Shown in pieces: positions 47,586-52,751 of a DNA stretch of 52,751 bases; positions within the stretch are counted from its first letter, which is position 1, and every line of letters begins with the position of its first letter. The translations under genes were made by a program, and so were the position numbers. This stretch comes from a virus (lineage: Duplodnaviria; Caudoviricetes): positions 1 to 52,751 of IMG/VR virus record IMGVR_UViG_3300025892_000028; one strand, given 5' to 3'. The notes under the pieces were generated by a model that worked only from the letters and a program-made list of their open reading frames with translations, had not been told where the DNA came from and ran no database searches.

Positions 47586-47855
47586 ATGCCACAAAACGAA
47601 ATCGATGTGCCTCTAAATGAGGCACCAGGTGATGCGACACTTGCTGCTTATGAAGCAGCCGTTCAAGCAATTGACTGGAACTATGCTGAGGGTGATGAAG
47701 CAGCATTACAATCCTACTATGCTGCTAAAGTATTAGAAAATGGATTAAGAGATCAATTTGGTGGGTCAATACCATCTAAATTAAATAAACCAGGTATGGA
47801 ATCAATTGTCAATATCTGGAATAAGTATGCTCCAAATTCAGAAAAATTAGTTTAG
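47586..47855 (+). CDS. Hypothetical protein (89 aa), possibly fibre-associated
   Basis: AGGAG SD; last gene before the convergent terminator. Confidence 0.7.
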   Translation: MPQNEIDVPLNEAPGDATLAAYEAAVQAIDWNYAEGDEAALQSYYAAKVLENGLRDQFGGSIPSKLNKPGMESIVNIWNKYAPNSEKLV

Positions 47856-47870
47856 TTTTAGAAAATAAAC

Positions 47871-47901
47871 AAAAAAATGGAGGGTCACCCCTCCTTTTTT
47901 T
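47871..47901. terminator. Bidirectional rho-independent terminator
   Basis: A7-T-GGAGGG-TCAC-CCCTCC-T7 between convergent genes. Confidence 0.85.
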
Positions 47902-48679
47902 ATGCAATTGCGCCAACCAAAGAATATCTAATAGATTTATATTCATCAACATCATACCCTATACTGTGATAGAAATCTCCTTTGTATATGGTAAGTGAAT
48001 TGAAATCAGCTGATACTGAATGATATCTTTCATAATGATCATCCGACTTAAATCTAATCCATTTACCTAGTTTTTTATCTTTCAGTAAAGAATTGTTATA
48101 AGCATCATCTACTTCATTTTCAGTAGGATATCTAGACATACGAGATCCTCTATAATTATAAGAATTATTTTTAAGTTTATACCTAAAAAAATCTGTATAA
48201 CTTTCTTCATTCTCAGTTAAAAATAAATTTAATGCAAATGAAAATGGATCCGTATGGGGGCGATAGTTTGAGCAATATGATGGCATTCCAGGATAACAGC
48301 AATTAGTATAATAATTCCATTTAATTCTTCTATACTCATACTTTACCATATGATAGTGTTTAAGAATATTAAAAAATGCTATCGATAAATTATTTCTGAA
48401 AAAGGTGTCTGGAACTGGTGCCTGAAAACCAGGAGCCATGCTACTACTATTGCTATCTTTAGTAGTTCCATCACTTATAGATTTGGTTTTATCTTCAGAA
48501 GGAAAATAGGATATAAAATTTCTTAGATCTATAGGATTTTTTAGGAAATTATGAACTTTAATATATTCAAGCTCTTCTACTTTAAAAGCTTGAATGTCCA
48601 TATCAGAATTTACTTCTGTTAATTCCTTAATTTCACCAGCACTATACCTAGGTATAACTTCATAATTAAAATCATTCAT
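47900..48679 (-). CDS. 2OG-Fe(II) oxygenase-like protein (DUF6445-like) with an intact metal triad
   Basis: YIKVHNFLKNP, PHTD (HxD), FNSLTIYKGDFYHS (distal His) and RYSL (2OG Arg). The start is taken at ATG 48679 (MNDF) rather than 48706. Confidence 0.7.
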   Translation of the reverse strand: MNDFNYEVIPRYSAGEIKELTEVNSDMDIQAFKVEELEYIKVHNFLKNPIDLRNFISYFPSEDKTKSISDGTTKDSNSSSMAPGFQAPVPDTFFRNNLSIAFFNILKHYHMVKYEYRRIKWNYYTNCCYPGMPSYCSNYRPHTDPFSFALNLFLTENEESYTDFFRYKLKNNSYNYRGSRMSRYPTENEVDDAYNNSLLKDKKLGKWIRFKSDDHYERYHSVSADFNSLTIYKGDFYHSIGYDVDEYKSIRYSLVGAIA

Positions 48680-49580
48680 ATGAAAGAAATTCCATAGGCA
48701 TTTCATTGGTCATTTGATCGCCCATTACATTTCCGAAACCATCCTCTTCTTTAGCAGGAAGACTTAAACATCCTTCAAGATGATAGTGTTCAGAAACATT
48801 ATCGTAAACATTCTGATACCAACAGTTGCCTGGATAAAGAATTGCTCTATTGTATTTTGCTGGAACATGAATAAGTTTATTAAAATACTCATCACCATCC
48901 CAAGTTTCATATTGTTTAGTGGTATTTTGAGATACATACTTATAATTAAGTAAATCCATAATCTCTCGTTTAGATTCAGGATCTGTAACACCTTCAAATA
49001 ATTGAGTTACACCATAGTAAATTTGGTTTTCGTAAGAAAAATTATAGAATGACATACCACTCTTTCCGAGTGCTTCATCTTCAGTGCCCAAAAATACTTT
49101 CATATTCATATAAAAATTTCCAGGATGACATTTTTCTTTATTGGTATTAATTGTCATATTAGGATAATAATAATTTCCAGTCCAAAGACAACTGTTTATC
49201 ATCCTTTCAAATTCTTGTGTAGTTGGTTGATTATTACTATCATTTGGAATATAATCCCATTCCTTCAGAACGCCAATTGCATTCATTGTCAATTGCTGAG
49301 TAACATTTGGATGAAATAATTGGTTCTCACCCATAGGTTTTTGGAATTCATATTTTTGATCGCTTTCTCTTCTTGATTCTTCTTCTAAAGTTTTTTGTCC
49401 TGTATCAAATGGAACAGATAATAAATTATTTAAAGAACTTTCAGGATCAGAAAAGAAATCATCAATTACCAAGCAGCTAAATTCAGATACTCTTTTTTCC
49501 TGAACTATAGCTTTATCGGTCATTTCAAATCCGAAGTTATTAATATATTTAATTTTTGATTGAATATTTTTCATAATCAA
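48672..49580 (-). CDS. DUF6445-like oxygenase paralogue with a degenerate metal triad
   Basis: LVIDDFFSDP and VPAKYNRAILYPG motifs align with the neighbouring gene; HxD is replaced by HPG and the distal His by Y. Confidence 0.62.
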   Translation of the reverse strand: MIMKNIQSKIKYINNFGFEMTDKAIVQEKRVSEFSCLVIDDFFSDPESSLNNLLSVPFDTGQKTLEEESRRESDQKYEFQKPMGENQLFHPNVTQQLTMNAIGVLKEWDYIPNDSNNQPTTQEFERMINSCLWTGNYYYPNMTINTNKEKCHPGNFYMNMKVFLGTEDEALGKSGMSFYNFSYENQIYYGVTQLFEGVTDPESKREIMDLLNYKYVSQNTTKQYETWDGDEYFNKLIHVPAKYNRAILYPGNCWYQNVYDNVSEHYHLEGCLSLPAKEEDGFGNVMGDQMTNEMPMEFLSYE

Positions 49581-50026
49581 TGCTCCACCGTAGGTGTTCC
49601 GCTAGCAATATCATTCCAAATTTCTTCTTGTTTTTGATCTATTTCATCAGAATGAACTAAAAATGAATTATCAAGTTCAATACTTTTAACGTATTCCTGA
49701 ACCCATTTACTCAGAATAGACATATATGCATTAGTTACATCAGTATGAGGTTCGTAAATGACATCAATAAAATCGTGCGTAACATTAAAACTTCTTTCAT
49801 TTGATAATGGAAATAGTCTACCAAATTGAAGTTCACCTTGTTGAGTAGGAAGGTCTGTAATATTCATATCCTCATCAACATTAGACAAAATATTATTAAC
49901 ACATTCGATAGTAAATGGATCTGAAATTACATAACCCAAACTTTTATTTTCTTCTTTGTCCAAAGCTTCTTTAACATCACAAACAATTGTTGTTTGATTT
50001 TTGAGTAGGCAAAGTTTAACTGTCAT
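49577..50026 (-). CDS. Cyanophage-type hypothetical protein (149 aa)
   Basis: VKLCLLK....IVCDVKE...GY....PF...PLS....F.V..D.I..IYEP pattern; first gene after a sigma70 promoter. Confidence 0.7.
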   Translation of the reverse strand: MTVKLCLLKNQTTIVCDVKEALDKEENKSLGYVISDPFTIECVNNILSNVDEDMNITDLPTQQGELQFGRLFPLSNERSFNVTHDFIDVIYEPHTDVTNAYMSILSKWVQEYVKSIELDNSFLVHSDEIDQKQEEIWNDIASGTPTVEH

Positions 50027-50048
50027 TGGTATTTGAATTTATGGTATA

Positions 50049-50077
50049 ATTATAATACAGAATTTAGTTCACGTCAA
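50049..50077 (-). promoter_or_regulatory. sigma70-type promoter for the minus-strand operon
   Basis: On the minus strand: TTGACG (50077-50072), 17-nt spacer, TATAAT (50054-50049). Confidence 0.8.
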
Positions 50078-50081
50078 CCCG

Positions 50082-50088
50082 CTAAATA
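50082..50088 (+). promoter_or_regulatory. Late-promoter-like CTAAATA, back to back with the sigma70 promoter
   Basis: CTAAATA 33 nt before ATG 50122. Confidence 0.5.
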
Positions 50089-50121
50089 AATTCAGTTCAC
50101 CAATATTTATAGCACAAGAAA

Positions 50122-50442
50122 ATGAATACCGTTTCGGATATCCCCCTATATGAAATTGTTCAGGAAATTGAAAAAGTTCATGGTTCAGAAAAACATATGG
50201 TAATTGAGATCATTACCAATGATGAAGCAACTGAAGATAAACCTCATCCATTAATTAGAGAGGAAGACATCTACAGACCTGATGGGTGGCAATTAAATGA
50301 TGGAATTTGGTTCTGGTGTGAATTTGAAAATCAAGTTGCTGTATTTGATAATGTTACTGCGGTAAAACATTGGTTTATTGAAGATTGTAATAGAGAAAAT
50401 AAAGAAGATAATACTGATATCAAAATAAAGCAGGACTTATAA
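50122..50442 (+). CDS. Acidic hypothetical protein (106 aa)
   Basis: ORF abutting the downstream oxygenase (TAA-ATG). Confidence 0.68.
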   Translation: MNTVSDIPLYEIVQEIEKVHGSEKHMVIEIITNDEATEDKPHPLIREEDIYRPDGWQLNDGIWFWCEFENQVAVFDNVTAVKHWFIEDCNRENKEDNTDIKIKQDL

Positions 50443-51036
50443 ATGAAACTAAATAAATTATTTCCTAAAATTGTTGCTGAGTTTGATGGTGTATGTGTAG
50501 ATAATATTCCAGCAATGATAAAAGAGGTTGAAGAATTATCGTCATATGGCACTAAGAGAAATAGTACATTGAATGTAGAATCTTCTCATAGATCTATTCA
50601 AACAATTCATAGACTGCCACCTTTCAAGCCATTAGCAAAAGAAGCACTTTCAAATGCAACTAAATTTTTAAGTGAGTATGGATATACCAATCAGCTGCCA
50701 CATCTCTATATTAGTAATATGTGGTTTAATATTTCAGAAAAAGGTGATTATTTATTTCCCCATACTCATCCCGGATCATTATTATCTGGAGCATATTATC
50801 TAGATACAGATGAGTCCCACTACATTTATTTCTATGATATGTATAGAAATCTTACCGAATCCCCCAGTTTTCCTAATGATTTAAATACAGACACATACCC
50901 TATGCCATGTACTCAAGGAATGATGTATCTATTTCATTCAGATTTTGTTCATGCAGTTCCTAGACAAGAAGCAGATGCGAGAAAAATTGTCATTTCATTC
51001 AACTTAAGTTTTGAAAATTTGAAATCCATGCATTAA
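50443..51036 (+). CDS. 2OG-Fe(II) oxygenase (TIGR02466-like)
   Basis: MWFNI...PHTHPGSLLSGAYY...LFHSDFVHAV...RKIVISFN. Confidence 0.85.
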   Translation: MKLNKLFPKIVAEFDGVCVDNIPAMIKEVEELSSYGTKRNSTLNVESSHRSIQTIHRLPPFKPLAKEALSNATKFLSEYGYTNQLPHLYISNMWFNISEKGDYLFPHTHPGSLLSGAYYLDTDESHYIYFYDMYRNLTESPSFPNDLNTDTYPMPCTQGMMYLFHSDFVHAVPRQEADARKIVISFNLSFENLKSMH

Positions 51037-51037
51037 T

Positions 51038-51072
51038 TATAAATACCTCTAGGAAACTAGGGGTATTTTTTT
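51038..51072 (+). terminator. Terminator overlapping the gp13 late promoter
   Basis: Stem AAATACCTCTAG-GAAA-CTAGGGGTATTT plus a T-run; TATAAATA at 51038-51045 overlaps the 5' arm. Confidence 0.78.
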
Positions 51073-51076
51073 ATTC

Positions 51077-51871
51077 ATGGCAAAACCCTCGACACGCCAG
51101 GAGCTAATTGATTATTGTCTGAGGAAATTAGGATTCCCAGTACTAGAGATTAATGTGGATGATGATCAAATTGAAGATCTTGTAGATGATGCAATTCAGT
51201 TCTTTCAAGAGCGTCATTTTGATGGAAGCGTCAAAACATTTTTAAAATTAGAAGTAACTGACCAGATGATTACCGATGCGAAAGTGAACGGTGCCATTGC
51301 TGGTTCAGATTTTGTAGAGCAAAATAATTTTGTAACTGTCCCAGAACATGTTCTGGGAGTAACTAATGTATATGCTTATGATAATAGTTCATCAGCAGTA
51401 TCAGGAAATATCTTCAGTATGAAGTATCAATTATTCCTGAATGATTTCTATAACTTCGGTTCTATGGAAATTTTAAATTACTATATGGTAAAGCAATATC
51501 TAGAAACAGTTGATTTTGTAATTGGTAATTTTAAACCGATTAGATTTAATAAGAGAGAAAATAAACTATACATTGATACTGATTGGGATCAGTTAAATGG
51601 TGGTGATATGATTTTGATTGAATGTTATAGGATGATAGATCCATCAACTGCTACTGAAGTTTATAATGATGTGTGGATGAAACGTTATCTTACTGCTCTT
51701 ATTAAAAGACAGTGGGGGCAAAACCTCATCAAATTTAAGAACGTTCAACTTCCTGGTGGAACAACTCTGAATGGTAGAGAGTTCTACGAAGATGCACAAG
51801 CAGAAATTGATACTATTCTTGGTGAATTTAAGTTATCAGCAGAGTTACCACCACTAGACATGATCGGATAA
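51077..51871 (+). CDS. gp13: Neck protein gp13
   Basis: PSTRQELIDYCLRKLG.PVLEINVDDDQIEDLVDDAIQ.F.E.HFDG...KRQWGQNL.KF...LPGG..LNG. Confidence 0.95.
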   Translation: MAKPSTRQELIDYCLRKLGFPVLEINVDDDQIEDLVDDAIQFFQERHFDGSVKTFLKLEVTDQMITDAKVNGAIAGSDFVEQNNFVTVPEHVLGVTNVYAYDNSSSAVSGNIFSMKYQLFLNDFYNFGSMEILNYYMVKQYLETVDFVIGNFKPIRFNKRENKLYIDTDWDQLNGGDMILIECYRMIDPSTATEVYNDVWMKRYLTALIKRQWGQNLIKFKNVQLPGGTTLNGREFYEDAQAEIDTILGEFKLSAELPPLDMIG

Positions 51872-51872
51872 A

Positions 51873-52751
51873 ATGACTAGAAATTTATATTTTACACAAG
51901 GAACTAAGGGTGAACAGAACCTAGTACAGGATCTGGTTGACGAACAGATCAAAATGTATGGTCTGGAATGTTATTACATTCCTCGTCAGATCTACGAAGA
52001 TAAGTTGTGGAATGATATCTATTATTCTCAGTTTAAAGATAGTTATCTTATTGAGATGTATCTGGAAAACTTTCAAAATTTTGGTGGCAATGGTGACATG
52101 CTATCAAAGTTTGGTCTTCGCGTAACTGATGAAGTAACACTTACACTTTCTAGGAGAAGATGGAGAGATTTTGTAGATGTCTCTACTAATAAAATTGTAT
52201 CTGGAAGACCTAATGATGGAGATTTAGTATGGTTTCCTTTGAATGAAACTGTATTTGAAATCAAGTATGTAGAAAATCAAAAACCATTCTACCAGTTAGG
52301 AAGTCTATATACATATACGTTGACGTGTGAAGTCTTTGAATACGGCGATAGTATCTTTGATACTGGCGTTACTTCTATTGATAACACTGAAATGGAATCT
52401 GGAGTATTCCCAATTCTATTGAACCTCAATGGAAGTGGATACTTTACTGAAGATGAAAAAGTTTCTGGAACTAGATTTGATGCTGCTGCAACTGCAGTCG
52501 CTGATGCATCTGGAGTTCTTGGTGCGATTACTATCACATCAGCTGGTCAGAAATATGAAACTGCTCCAAATGCATTTTGGTATTCTCCTACAGGAACATT
52601 CATCACTTCATCTACAACTGCGATCACCAATGGTGTAGTCAGTGCTGTCAATGCTCCTACAGGATCATACATATATGGAGATGTTGTTTATGATGCCAAC
52701 GATCAAATTGTAAGTATCACTGGATGGAATCCAATTATTAAAATTGATTCA
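51873..52751 (+). CDS. gp14: Neck protein gp14, partial (runs off the window; not in the ORF track)
   Basis: Read by hand: MTRNLYFTQGTKGEQNLVQDLVDEQIKMYGLECYYIPR...SKFGLRVTDE...RPNDGDLVWFP...FEIKYVE..KPFYQLG.LY.Y.LTCE.FEY; open to the end of the window. Confidence 0.93.
   Translation, partial: MTRNLYFTQGTKGEQNLVQDLVDEQIKMYGLECYYIPRQIYEDKLWNDIYYSQFKDSYLIEMYLENFQNFGGNGDMLSKFGLRVTDEVTLTLSRRRWRDFVDVSTNKIVSGRPNDGDLVWFPLNETVFEIKYVENQKPFYQLGSLYTYTLTCEVFEYGDSIFDTGVTSIDNTEMESGVFPILLNLNGSGYFTEDEKVSGTRFDAAATAVADASGVLGAITITSAGQKYETAPNAFWYSPTGTFITSSTTAITNGVVSAVNAPTGSYIYGDVVYDANDQIVSITGWNPIIKIDS

Noticed and set aside
51937-52638. Short track ORFs at the right end of the window
   Set aside because: They overlap the open gp14 frame starting at 51873, which the track omitted because it has no stop inside the window.

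Overview
This window comes from a large T4-like myovirus, most likely a marine cyanomyovirus, judging by gene order, low GC, TATAAATA late promoters and a tryptophan-halogenase/2OG-oxygenase complement. It spans the baseplate-to-neck structural block. The order is: a flavin-dependent halogenase, glutaredoxin and tiny coupled ORFs; a PAAR spike tip; a 1345-aa Ig/Gly-rich adhesin; gp25, gp6, a giant gp7-like protein (3323 aa), gp8 and a VrlC/DUF4815-like protein (2526 aa); several fibre-like proteins (705, 2120 and 1900 aa); an AT-rich divergent cassette of 2OG-Fe(II) oxygenase-like genes; then gp13 and the 5' part of gp14. I saw no tRNA, rRNA, CRISPR array, transposase, integrase or reverse transcriptase. 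Five observations stand out. (i) A ~170-aa 'stalk-and-knob' insertion with mirror-image Thr/Tyr strands sits in one polyglycine domain of the adhesin. (ii) A halogenase and three oxygenase-like genes bracket Trp/Tyr-rich fibre segments, suggesting possible enzymatic tailoring of the virion. (iii) Two tandem oxygenases form an intact/degenerate pair. (iv) A putative type-1 copper module lies in a fibre protein. (v) Small host-sigma70 transcription units are embedded in the late region, one ending in a terminator whose loop holds the next late promoter. All family assignments come from reading motifs by eye, not from database searches.
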